A model generated the notes under the pieces. The model did not search any database. It was not told the origin of the DNA and worked only from the letters and a program-made list of their open reading frames with translations. 64,000 bases of DNA from Callorhinchus milii (Eukaryota). The position numbers were made by a program, and so were the translations under genes. Shown in pieces: positions 1 through 11,300 of this stretch. Location of the stretch: assembly GCF_018977255.1 (NCBI RefSeq), contig NW_024704742.1:35776001-35840000 (forward strand), written 5' to 3'. Position 1 is the first letter of the stretch; the number at the start of each line of letters is the position of its first letter.

Positions 1-409
1 TGTAACTGAGACAATCTGGTGACAGAGAAACTGCTTTACTTGGACTGTTGCCATTGAAAGTCTTCATTCCAAGACTCTCTTCTGCTTTCTTCTAAAGTAA
101 TAATTCACATTAAAAAAAGTCTTTGTGTTTGTCATCACATGGAAGACAAAATGGTGTTTTTCTTTCACTTTAAATATGAATCTGCAGAAAGAAATATTGT
201 CAGGATGCAACGTACTGAAAGATGAGTTAAATAACCAAATATGTACTCTGATCTCAATGTAAAATTAAATTACAATGAACAATTTTACTGCTATCTTGGA
301 AAAGTGAACAAAACTGAAGATATCTTTTCCCCTCTCCTGAGCTACTGGAAAATCTATCTTTGGTGTGTCATTTAAGTGGGAAGCCCTGGGGTATAGACAT
401 TTTTCTACA

Positions 410-810
410 TAATAATCTTTGTATTGATATTCAGGCTTTCACATCAGAAGGACGACTGAAAGTGCTCCACAGATATACTGAAAAATGGAATGACTGTATG
501 TTGTATGTAAGCACAGCAACCAATTTGTGGACAGCAATGTCCAACAAATAGATGAAGTGAATGACTGATTTAATTTAGGGGATTGTTGGCCAGACATTGG
601 GAGAAATTTCCTTCTCTTTTCAAATAGTGTCATGGTATCTTTAGTATTCATCTCAACAAGCAGACGGGCTTTAATTTAATGTCTCATTTGAAGGACGGGA
701 CACCCAACCTTGCGGCATAGCCCACCACTGCATTGGAGAGTCAGCCTAGAGTACATGGGTTCCAAGTTCCAACATAGGCTTGAACCTGTAACCTTCTGAC
801 TCAGAGAGTA
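410..810 (-). mobile_element. Deu-domain SINE (SacSINE1/AmnSINE1-like), diverged
   Basis: Reverse strand carries a tRNA-like B-box region, the Deu-type core (seen on + as ttggccagacattgggagaaa..cttttcaaatagtgtcatgg..tttaatgtctcat) and an L2-type tail; aligns by eye to other copies in the window. Confidence 0.75.
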
Positions 811-1081
811 CATGGGTCCTATCAACAATTATCTGTGTTGGAATTGAAAGAGTGGCACTACTTGGTTCTAATATTTTTTCTTCATTCTGTGCTGAATTTT
901 GTTACGAATTGACTCCCATATAAGGTTGTATGAGATTACACTACTTACCTTGGTGTATCTTCAAGGAACTTTATTTATCTTTGTTTATATTTGCAAAATC
1001 ATCAAATTGCTACAAAACTCTTGTTGGAGTTACCTAAGCACAAGAGATCTATTCTCCATTCACATTTTTATAAGTTGCTAT

Positions 1082-1317
1082 ATGTTTTTTCACACAGCTA
1101 GTTGTTCAGATCTGGAATGCACTGCCTGAAAGGGTGGTTACAGCCGATTCGATAACAACTTTTAAGAAAGAAGTAGATAATTATTTGGGGAGGACAAGTT
1201 TGCAGGGCTATGGGGAGAGAGCGGGGGAGTGGGATTGAATTGGATAGCTCTTTTCAAAGAGCCGGTACAGACACGATGGGCCGAATGGCCTCCTTCTGTG
1301 ATGTATAATTCTATGAT
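1082..1317 (+). mobile_element. CR1 LINE 3' end (young subfamily)
   Basis: Encodes VVQIWNALPERVV..DSITTFKKEVDNYL, then a 3' UTR ending attctatga; nearly identical to 2445-2685. Confidence 0.9.
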
Positions 1318-2263
1318 GTCTGAATTACTGAGTTAATATCATTGGTAATAATGATGTTCACATTACTTACACATTAGAGTTAAAAAAGTGCTTGTTGGAA
1401 AACGGCAAAATAAATGGTGCCTCAACCCTGGAAAAGGTGCCTAAAGACCTAACATACTCTCTGTGAAATTGGGGTATATTAGGTCTTTAACACCTGAGTG
1501 CTTGGCTCCAAGAACTCAATGGAGCTTTTTTAGTGGGTCATTGTGACATTAGATATAGGGTCATCATCATATCACTGGCTTCCCGTCTGAAATGCTGTAC
1601 ACTGTCCATGACGTGAAAGGCACTATACAAGTGTAATCTTGTTGTTGTTGTTGGATCCCTGCAGGAGATGCACTGTATGTCCCAAAGAGCCTTTTCTGGT
1701 GTTGAGACATTGAGACACCATTTACATTGAAAGATTTGAACCTTTTTGTAGGACTGCAGCAAGGAGTGAGCCTATTGTGGCCCCATTATAACACTAGTGC
1801 CATATGGAGTTAGGTGTAAATGAGCATGGAGAATAAGCAGCATTGTTTGCACCATGGTGTGAAAATATTCCCTTTTCTCCCTGGAGTCCTTGCACCATTT
1901 TTTTCTGCCCCAGTGAAAGAGTATTAAACAATCAATTACCACTAACTTTTATATTGGATATGCTGGTTCTCTTCCCTTTAGTTCCTTTGGCATCAATATG
2001 GAGGGTTTTTACTTGGCGGCATACTGGGAGTGCATATTCCCTCAACTGAGAGAAGAAACATGCACAACACTAGGTAATGTGGAACAACAATTATTTGTGT
2101 GTTTCTGTCGCTGTAGAAGATGCTAATAGTCAAGTTATACTTAAGGAACCTCAGAAGTTTTTGTACTCCATGGCAATAGGAAGCCCAGAAGATTCCTAAG
2201 ACCATAGTGTACATTAACTAGGATTATTCCTAGTAATCCTACTAGGACTATAGTGTACATTAA

Positions 2264-2685
2264 CTAAGATTATTCTCCTTGGAGCAGAGAAGGTTAAGAG
2301 GAGACTTAATAGAAGTTTTCAAAATTATGAGGGGATTTGATAGGGTGAACAAGGAGAAACTATTTCCACTGGCGGGTGGGTTGGTAATCCAGGGACACCG
2401 ATTTAAAATAGTTGTTAAAAGAAACAAGGGGGAGGTGAGGAGAAATGTTTTCATATAGCGAGTTGTTCAGATCTGGAATGCGTTGCCTGAAAGGGTGGTG
2501 GAAACCGATTCAATAACAACTTTTAAGAGAAAAGTAGATAATTATTTGGGAGGACAAGTTTACAGGGCTATGGGGAGAGAGCGGGAGAGTGGGATTGAAT
2601 TGGATAGCTCTTTTCAAAGAGCCGGTACAGACACAATGGGCCAAATGGCCTCCTTCTGTGCTGTATAATTCTATGAATCTATGAT
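2264..2685 (+). mobile_element. CR1 LINE 3' fragment (ORF2 C-terminus and 3' UTR)
   Basis: Translates to LRLFSLEQRRLRGDLIEVFKIMRGFDRVNKEKLFPL, the classic CR1 ORF2 C-terminus; ends in the ctatgaatctatga octamer-type tail. Confidence 0.93.
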
Positions 2686-2875
2686 TAATAGGAAGGGGTT
2701 GCATACATGAAATTGTGTGACATCTTAGCAGGAAGATCCTGTAGATAATAGTTAATGACACTGGAGACTGTCATGAAGCTTACATCTTGGCATTTACTCA
2801 TGTCTGTTTTGTTTTCAAGGAACTGAGCCATTTTGGTTCCTGGGGAGAGCTATTTGAGGGACATTCATCTCATAA

Positions 2876-3278
2876 TGTCAGCCTGGCACTTTCATCTCTG
2901 AGTCAAAAGGTTGTTCAAGCCCCAAATTGGGACCTGAACTCACATAGTCTAACTTGACACTCTAGTGGAGTATGTTGTATTGTTGGAGGTTCCATCCTTT
3001 GGATAAGACATTAAACTGAAGATCCATCTGCCTGTTCAGGCACTTTTTGATAAGAGAAGTGTGTTTCTCTCAGTGTCCTAGCGAACAATCCCCTAAGTAA
3101 AATTGGTCATTTGTTTTATGGCTATTTGTCAGATATTGCTATGCGCAATTCGGCTGCTGCGTTTGCCTTCAAATACAGTCAGCTCACTTCACAATAAAAC
3201 AGTAAAATCTGTGAAGTGCTTTGGGACATCCTCCCGATGTGATAGGTGCTATACCAAATGCAATGATTATTATTATTT
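2876..3278 (+). mobile_element. Deu-domain SINE, near full length
   Basis: tgtcagcctggc head, Deu-like core (gacattaaactgaagatccatctgcctgttcagg..cagtgtcctagc), L2-type tail gtgctataccaaatgcaatgattattatt. Confidence 0.8.
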
Positions 3279-3560
3279 GATCTTCACTGATGAATTTTAA
3301 AAATTCAGCAGTCTTTGCTACTTTTTGCCATATGTGTTAGGGGAACTAATCATATTCTTCTGCATGCCTAAAGGCCCATCATAGTGGCATTATCTATTCT
3401 AAGAATAGGCCTCAGATGTTTCTCAACAATGGGAATGAGGGGGGGTGGGAGATTGGAAGTGATCCAATCCACTCTCACGCTACCCTTAGTGGCTGATCAA
3501 AGAAGAACATTGGTGAAGGCCAGGATGTTGTAGCCATAAGGAGACAAAAGTTACAAAAAT

Positions 3561-4298
3561 TATTCAAATTGGATAGATGTGGTGAACGATGTTCCTCAGC
3601 AATCTGTTTTGGGTCCACTACTTTTCACCCTGTATATAAATGATTTGGACCTAGAAATAGAGGGAGCAATTTCAAGTTTGCAGATGATACAAAGATAGGG
3701 CGAATAGTAAATACCAGAAGGATTAAAATGATACAGATTGATAGATTGATATTGATAGGTGGCTAAATGGGCAAACAAATGGAAAAATGTTAAGGCACTG
3801 GAAAAGGTACAGCAAAGATTACAGGATGTTCCATGGAATGAGGAAATTTAATTATAGGGAGAGGCTTGATAAACTTGGGCTTGGTTTCTTTGGAGCTCAG
3901 AAGGCTAAGAGGGCATACGATAGAGGTATATTAGGTGATGGAAGGCTTAGACAAGGTGGACAGTGAAAGAATATTTCCATTGGTCAGGGGTCTACTCGTA
4001 CAAGAGGGCATAGTTTTAGAATCAGCACTAGGAGATACAGAACAGAGATTATGAAAACCTTTTTTTCAGACAATGAGTGGTAGGAGTGGAATTCTCTCCC
4101 ATAGAGAGTTATAGGGTACAGCAGCCATGTACACATTTAATAAAAAACTGGACACATGGTTGAGAGAGAATAAAGTTGATGGATATTGAGAAAGAGATGA
4201 GAAATGGAGCTAGTAATAAGATCTAGTTAGGCAATTCTATGGAGTATAAACTGAATGTGACAAATGGCCTGTTTTTGAGCTGTTCCCTCTATGAATCT
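3561..4298 (+). mobile_element. CR1 LINE RT and 3' end, older, internally deleted
   Basis: YSNWIDVVNDVPQQSVLGPLLFTLYINDLD (GVPQGSVLGP-type RT motif), an RRLRG-type C-terminal motif and a ctatgaatct tail; frameshifted. Confidence 0.9.
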
Positions 4299-5034
4299 GA
4301 AAAAACGGAATGAAAAATAAATCTTAAAAATTAAAACTGCTAAACACTTGAAACCTAAAAAGTAACATAGCAATTTTGTTCTTTATGTTTATGCTTATAG
4401 CACCTCTCCTATGGGAAGAATATCTTGAAGTGCTCCAATTTACTACCATAGTATGAATAGAATCTGTCATAAAAATTATGTATGTCTTTGTCGAATGATC
4501 ACTCAAGTTCAAACACTCTTGTAACTTTGTTGTAGTGTGCACTCATCAGCCAAATCTTCTGTTGAGTAAATATCAGATCTATTAGGTTCTCAGTAGTATC
4601 CTACTCCTTATGTGTTTGAGATTATTCTTGTTTCTTACCCTATGATCTGCCCCAACCACATCAAACTTCTTCTGAAAGGGGCCATACTCACATCGCATCT
4701 GGCATTTTTACTACAATAAATCCGATCTGTGCTCAGCTGCCAGAGGCACAATGGCTATGGGACCAGTTTACATAGCCTGTGCCAGTTTATTCTTTTTCTA
4801 AGGGAATATAATCCACTGCTGTGAGGCATCCTGGTTACTGGCGCAAACAAGAACTTAAAGACTCATAATAGAAGTGACTGGCATTTTGAAATGAGGCCCA
4901 ATCCTGGGACCTAGAGCTGTGATACTTGAAGCCAGCATCTAAACAGCTGTGTGTTCCACATTTTATACTTTGTCCCTTTCATGAAGAGTGTTCATGACAA
5001 TAATGTTAAAGGATAAATGTGTGAGTAGTAAACT

Positions 5035-5237
5035 TATGAAACAGGCTCCCCAGGGAGACAGTGGAAGCAGAAAATGTTTGTTTTCAAGAACAAATTAGAT
5101 AAAATTTCTGCTAGAAAATAATATCTCGGGATACAGTATATAGTTTGGGACGCAACATGTCAAGTGACTACCAGGATGGTAGAAGGCGAACCTTGGTCTT
5201 CTTTTGCCTAGCAAATTCTTATGTTCTTATGTTCTTA
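5035..5237 (+). mobile_element. CR1-type 3' end, second family (ttcttatg tail)
   Basis: acaggctccccagggagacagtggaagcag...ttcttatgttcttatgttctta; homologous copies at 63365-63572 (+) and 41066-41180 (-). Confidence 0.8.
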
Positions 5238-5369
5238 GTTCCTTGACTGTTTGAATTAACATTCTGAAGATGAGCATTTTTACAGCTGTGTGGAGAGCTA
5301 CTGTATCTGTGTGATACTTTCTAAGAGCATAAACCAGGCTATGAAGAATCCATTAGGCAGTCTTTATTG

Positions 5370-5552
5370 GGGTGCTGTTGGTACAGTGGCTTAGTACACT
5401 GACCTTTCCCTGCAAATCTCTTCTGAGGTGGGGCAGATTAGAAAGAGTTTGTACTGCACCTGACCAGCAGTATGTGTTGCATAGTGCAGAATGGAAAAGT
5501 GATCCATTTATTTGGTTCTGATGTCCTTCCCTTTGGTGAGCGCACGTTGTTA
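5370..5552 (+). mobile_element. LF-SINE-like element, internally deleted
   Basis: tRNA-like head (gtacagtggcttagtacactgacctttc) joined to 3' motifs resembling 14260-14401; family assignment from recall. Confidence 0.45.
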
Positions 5553-6118
5553 ACCAAAATTTGGAAATCGAATTAACAGACCTTGTTTAATAAAATAAAA
5601 CCACTTCAAAGTACCAGAAATGTTTCCTGTTATGTTGACAAATCCATCTTTTAAGGGCAGTGTATTTTACATAAAATGTAACCAGTTCCAAACCACATTC
5701 ATATATAAAATGCATGATCAGGATTTTCCATATTTTTTGACTCACATTACAGAAGTATGCTGTTTGTACTGTGTTTTTTATGTTCTCATTTTGTTGTGTA
5801 ATGATCACCATTGCGTTCATATGGAATATTATTTTTCAGATCAAAATATTTGATTGAAACGTGTTTCACAGAAACTCAAATGGTTGACCATAGAAAATAG
5901 TAAACATAGCCTCCCAATATGGGGTATGGGTGCATTTGATTTTATAGAATTAAAGGTTTTCATACCATTTACTAAATTATTTTTTTATCCCCCCCCTCTT
6001 AGGCACTATAGAGTTTCCTATCTGAGTGTGCAAACAGTCAACCTGCTCCCAGGCTTCTGTCATCAATGGCCAGAGTGGTTTTGAATGATTCATCCTGTTT
6101 TTTCCTCTCTCTCTGTAG

Positions 6119-6270
6119 GGGATTGCATAGCCTTTGCACAGCAACTCCTTCTGATTGCATGAAGGAGATTAAAAATTCAGCCGAAGGGTTCAAAATCATG
6201 CCCGACTCTTGACATACCGACACCCTATCCCTTCCCTGAAATGAATAAACAACAGTGTGCAGTTGTGCAC
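6119..6270 (+). other. Candidate terminal exon of an unidentified transcript
   Basis: Strong acceptor catcctgttttttcctctctctctgtag at 6091-6118, AATAAA at 6244-6249, GT-rich sequence downstream; the encoded peptides are not recognised. Confidence 0.25.
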
Positions 6271-6495
6271 ATTGCATGGCAGTTGTTGAAGCATCCATTG
6301 TTTCAGTCTATCAGCAGACCTAAACAACACATCTATGTTGGAAGCTATGCTATGTTTCAGATCATAAAGAGGAGTTATAAATCATTTTTTCACAAAGATT
6401 CTTAAAACCAGCTAACTAAATAAGATATACTGAACTTACTTAGAAAACCTTTTGGCATCAACAATAAAGAGAGAGCTTGCACGTAATATAGTAAC

Positions 6496-6904
6496 AATAA
6501 TCGTATTATTTGGTGTAGCGCCTTTCATGTTGGTAAGACATCTCAAAGACCTTCACAGGATTTTATTGTGAACCGACTGTATTTGCAGGCAAATGTGGCA
6601 GCCCGTTTGCATACAGCAATGTCCCACAAACAGTCATGAAGTTAGTGACCAAATGTATTTGGGGAATTGTTGGCCAGGACACTGAGGAAAAACTCCCTCT
6701 CTTTTCAAGTAGTGCCAGGGATGTTTAACAGGTAGACAGGATCTCAATTTATCATCTCATCCGAAAGACAGCATATTTGACAATGCATTACACCCTTCAG
6801 CGCTAAATTGAATGTCAGCGTAGACTATGTGAATTCAAGTCCTGATGCGGGGACAATCTTTTGACGCAGAGGTGAGAGTGCTACCAGCTAAGCCAAGCTG
6901 ACAT
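6496..6904 (-). mobile_element. Deu-domain SINE, full length
   Basis: Head (+ strand agtgctaccagctaagccaagctgaca), Deu core (+ strand ggccaggacactgagg..gtagtgccagggatg), L2-type tail. Confidence 0.85.
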
Positions 6905-7079
6905 GGTAATATTTGAATATGCTATTTTGTGCATATCTTTACAGTTTGGAAACTTAATTTCCTCACTTTTAATGGCAGAAACAGATATTTGAAATAATGT
7001 TTGATTCTTCTGCTAAAATATGTAAACATTACGAAAGCTAATTGTAGTTATTTTCATTTTTATGTAAAAGGATAAATTG

Positions 7080-7700
7080 TGAAACAGACTCTGCTAATTG
7101 CTGAATGCTCATCGTATCTTTTAACTCATAAATGTGTCAATTTAGTCAAGCGTTGGGTGATCTGGCATTCTCATTGCAATGAATGCAAGACAATAATCTA
7201 ATTGGATTCTTTTGGCATCATCAATTTATTTGTAGGTATCATCTGAGTGCCGAGATTAGATTACAGCCTTGAAATCACTTCCTGGTATCTGTTTATGGGA
7301 GATACTGTTTCAGTTTATGTGAGAACATTATTCTGGTTTGGGTCAGCTTTTGATTTGACAGCAATTATCAATGCCAGTATAACTGTACTCTGCATGACTG
7401 AAATAGTCTCTGACTGTGCATTGTCAAATCGTTCATTGGTAATGGTATGCTGTCATTACCTTAACTTGACGCAAATTTACTGTATATTAAAGTTATTCTG
7501 TGGTGTGCACATAGTGAACCAGTTTGGTATGCTAATTACAGCAAGTCATTGGATCTATTTTTTCAAACTGAATTTACAATCCAAAATCAGATTAATCCAC
7601 TTCCATTTAAATTGATATAAAATAATCCACATTGATATAGCACTTAATTTGATCACATTAACCTTGTCTTAATTTACTTACATCAGGTGAGTTCAGTGTA
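7080..7700. promoter_or_regulatory. CNE/enhancer-like repeat-free block
   Basis: No repeat similarity; dense in TAAT/ATTA, TGACA/TGTCA, TGATTTGACAG (7351) and ACAAT motifs, the composition typical of vertebrate developmental CNEs; conservation untested. Confidence 0.35.
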
Positions 7701-9121
7701 ATATTAATTTGTTGCTCAGCTAGGGTTTGTTACTGGGTATTTATTTAGAAAAAGAGTAGTTGTGATCTGGTTAGGGTATCCACATCATGAGTCCTGGACT
7801 TGCCCCATTCAAGCCTATTAATCGTCCAACCAAGGTTTTACTTGTGTCACATACAGTGCCCAGTACATCCTCACCTTCATCTGAATCACCTGGCTCTTTT
7901 TGCACTGACGCTTCTAGCTACAGTTCATGATGGTGAACACTCAGGTCAGTGCTGCCCTGGGATCTGACATGACGAGTCTACTAGATTCTCTTTAACTCAC
8001 ATGGTACATTTTCAGTAGATCAGAAAATATATGTATATTTTGTAGGCATAGCTATGTAAATTGCCTTTGCAAAAATCAAATGTCGGGTAAACTATGCTAG
8101 ATTATGTCCTTATGCACCAAACATTTTTCGCATGTGTTTCAACACCCTGTAAATCGTGCAGTGGTTGAATACAGTGGGATCTTATCATGGGTGGATTCTG
8201 TTTCAAATCATCTGCCAGCACTCACTCCACAGATTCCATACCAATTATATCTATGATTGCCTCCTCTGCGGGTGTAAGTGTTTCGAGCTTGGGGATGGGG
8301 GTGAGTTCCACCTCCCTCTGCTTCTTCCTGTTATACGATAACTAAGCCTCGTAAAGAGTCATATAATCATGCACAAAATGGGAGTGAGTCAATAACATGT
8401 AATCCGTGAATGCAGGGGTGGGTGTGGAGGAGAAACACCATCAAGTACCACCTGGTGTTAGTGCATGTTCTGAATTATGAGCTTAACCTGTTTTATTGTT
8501 GTTGTATTTCTCTTTAAAAGCAATTGATCATGTAATCACTACCAGTACCATGCTATTTCTTTGTAAAAGTCGTGCAGATTTTTTCCGGTGGGGGTGGGAG
8601 GATTCATTGATGGAAGTGGTTGATACGGGTCTCTACACATACATTTACATGACCTCCTGTCATGCTCCCCTTTTCCAGCAATTGTGAGGTTCTTTCTTTG
8701 CCTTCCCTCTAAGATATTAGCTGGCCTGGTCATTACTTGCTCCACAAGAAGCATTATGGAGAATCACAACTTGCTTCTATGGCATTTCCTGTGACAGTCT
8801 GATACTCCACAGCTGGAATTAACTCAAAGCTCAACCAAAACATTGTCAATTTTGAAAACTATTTGATTGAAACATGCTTTCAGGGATTGGTAATGTTGAT
8901 CCTAATTTGATTGCCATTTAGAGCAATAACTCTAACCAGCCGTTACCTGCCCATCATAAGAAAATCTGAGATCAGAGGCACAGTGTGATCTCACAGAGAT
9001 GGAAACAAAATCACCAATGACTCTCTTGGCAAGGCATTTTTAACTTCATAGTCAAGGATACTGAAGTGTGCAAATGAATACTCACTCACATAACTAACTG
9101 GAAATCATCAACAGTATCTTT

Positions 9122-9441
9122 ATATAATCTTGCATTTGATATAGTGCCTTATCACATTGTTAAGAAGTCTCAAAACCTTCACTGAATATAATATTGTAAA
9201 GTGAATTGGCTTTATTTTTTGGGTAAAACGCGGCAGCCAATTGCTGAGTGACCAAATTTATGTAATTATTTGTTGAAGGGATTATTACCCCAGAAAGCAA
9301 TCCACCAATTGACTAACAACTGGGTGCCTACTTACTGCTAGGTGCACAGAGGCATATGGAGTAAGGAAACTTGCCTAAGGTTTCGCATCGCCCAGGAATC
9401 CCTTGTCAGGCGAGGACGCTAACCACTATGCTATGGGATTC
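9122..9441 (-). mobile_element. tRNA-derived SINE, older long variant with CORE-like centre
   Basis: Shares head and tail with the young SINE and adds the central segment (+ strand ccaattgactaacaactgggtgcctacttactgctaggtgcacagaggc). Confidence 0.8.
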
Positions 9442-9549
9442 CACATCTTTTTGAATACTGTGTACCTGTCTGGTGAAGGAACCAGACTACCATTCTGCCA
9501 CAATGGAGCCTTGACATCTTGTTCACTCCAAAGAGACCACACTTTTCTC

Positions 9550-9942
9550 CCATTCCAAGAAGGATAGTGTAGGTTTCAAGATCCTCACACTCGTTTTCAA
9601 ATCCCATCATACCTTGGCATCTCACTACCTCGCCAACCTGCTTACCCACCAAATCTACTAGCCTCTGCCTCCGCTCGACTGGCTCCGGCCTTCTGCATGA
9701 TCCTCTTGCCCTCTGTTCCACCATTGGTGGCCGCGCTTTCAGCCACTATGCCTCGAAACTCTGGAACACTCTTCCTCTATCCCTCTGCCTTGCCCCTTCT
9801 TTCCCAATCTCCAGATCGCGCCTGAAGACTTTCCTATTCGATCGTACCCACGGTCACCTCCCCTCCCCCCGGCTAGGCATCGTGCTCCGCCACTGTCAAG
9901 TGCTCTGGGACGCTACCCTGTGTGAGTGGTGTTGTTGTTGTT
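9550..9942 (+). mobile_element. L2 LINE 3' fragment
   Basis: FKILTLVFKS..GGRAFSHYASKLWNTLP motif, 3' UTR and (gtt)n tail. Confidence 0.88.
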
Positions 9943-10809
9943 TTAGATCAAGGTGGAATGTGTGCCTTCAGATATACGTGCAATATTAAAAGTAGTTGTA
10001 GTCTGAAAACTGGCAATGCATATAGTTTATAACAAATTTAGTACTTAAAATATTTTTCACAGTTATTGGGTCATTTATGAATTACATGAATTTAATATGT
10101 AACCCCTAAACAATGTAAAAGGCTCCAGTATAAAAGCAAAAACATATTTTCCAACCACTATAATGTTTCATTTTATTCATACTTTTGGAATTCAACACCG
10201 TTTTAAAGGTCTGTGCTTCACCCAAAATGCTGTGTAAAAAAAATTAAATAAATGAATAGAGAGCAATATGACTGCTCAGTTCAGGTTGTGTGCAGAAACA
10301 GCTCCAAGCACTGAGACACACTTCGTTCCTTGAAAAAGCTTTTTTTGGCGACTTCAGTATCAAAGGTAAAATTTAACCTATTGAAGTTTTATTCTGATGT
10401 CACTGGAAACTATTGGTAATTTGGACAAGGTCCAAGATCAACAGATATCTTGTTCTACCGATACATATATTTAACTTTGGAGAGTTTTGAAACTTCATTT
10501 GGTAGGAAACTGTATTAAAAAAAACGAGAACAAGGAAGGTATGGAAGCTTGAAGATTTGAAGATTTTGCCAGGGAAGCTTCTAAAGTTGAAAACAGTCTT
10601 GAGTCTCAGCCTATATAAAACGTAATTTGTGGCTTGCTGAAGTTTGGCACATCAAAATTATGGAACAAATTATTAAATTTGGCAAAAGATCAAAGCAGTT
10701 GCAAAATTGCATCCCAAAGCACAACAGTTTGCATTTTACATACTATTTAATTAGGAGGACTGGCAGGTTTATTATTTTTGTTCCCTGCTCTTTCTCTCAT
10801 ATACACTTA

Positions 10810-11300
10810 TGACAGTGAGTTTACATCAGTGATTTTTCTTTGATGGTGTTATTTTTATCTAAGAGCCATGTAAATACTCTTTTATTGACATTCCCAGCTG
10901 ACATTTGACTTCACCTGATCAGTTTGGAATAAAGCTTTGCAGCAGCAATTGCTTCAGCATGTATAAGTAGTTGAATGCAGTACAGACACCATAGCTTCCA
11001 TAATCACATGTACTTTTACATCTCCAAATATCTGCTGTTGTCAACAAGTTCCTACACTATTTATCTGGAGCCGTGCTAGAGCCATACTCAGCAGGCTCAT
11101 TGATTGACAAATGAATATTTCAAGCCAATGGACCTATTCTTCCTATGGCTTTCATTTAATGCTATTTGGCAGATAGCACACATTAGCTGGGAGAATTGGG
11201 CATCATTTGTCTCTTTTTAATTCAGATTTTTATACATTATCAAGATTTACACGCGATATATGACCACTGGGGTACTTAGAATCCATGAAGTGAACTGCAG
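10810..11300. promoter_or_regulatory. CNE/enhancer-like block
   Basis: Repeat-free; PBX-MEIS-like TGATTGACAA at 11101, several TGACA sites, CAGCTG E-box; conservation untested. Confidence 0.3.

Noticed and set aside
7926..7970. ATGATG..CTGA C/D-box-like pair
   Set aside because: Too short, lacks a terminal stem and probably lies in an old SINE remnant
8443..8462. CTCF-like motif (also near 42752)
   Set aside because: Imperfect match, plausible by chance and possibly inside old SINEs
11140..11165. tatggctttcatt resembling miR-135
   Set aside because: Only a partial match and no hairpin partner
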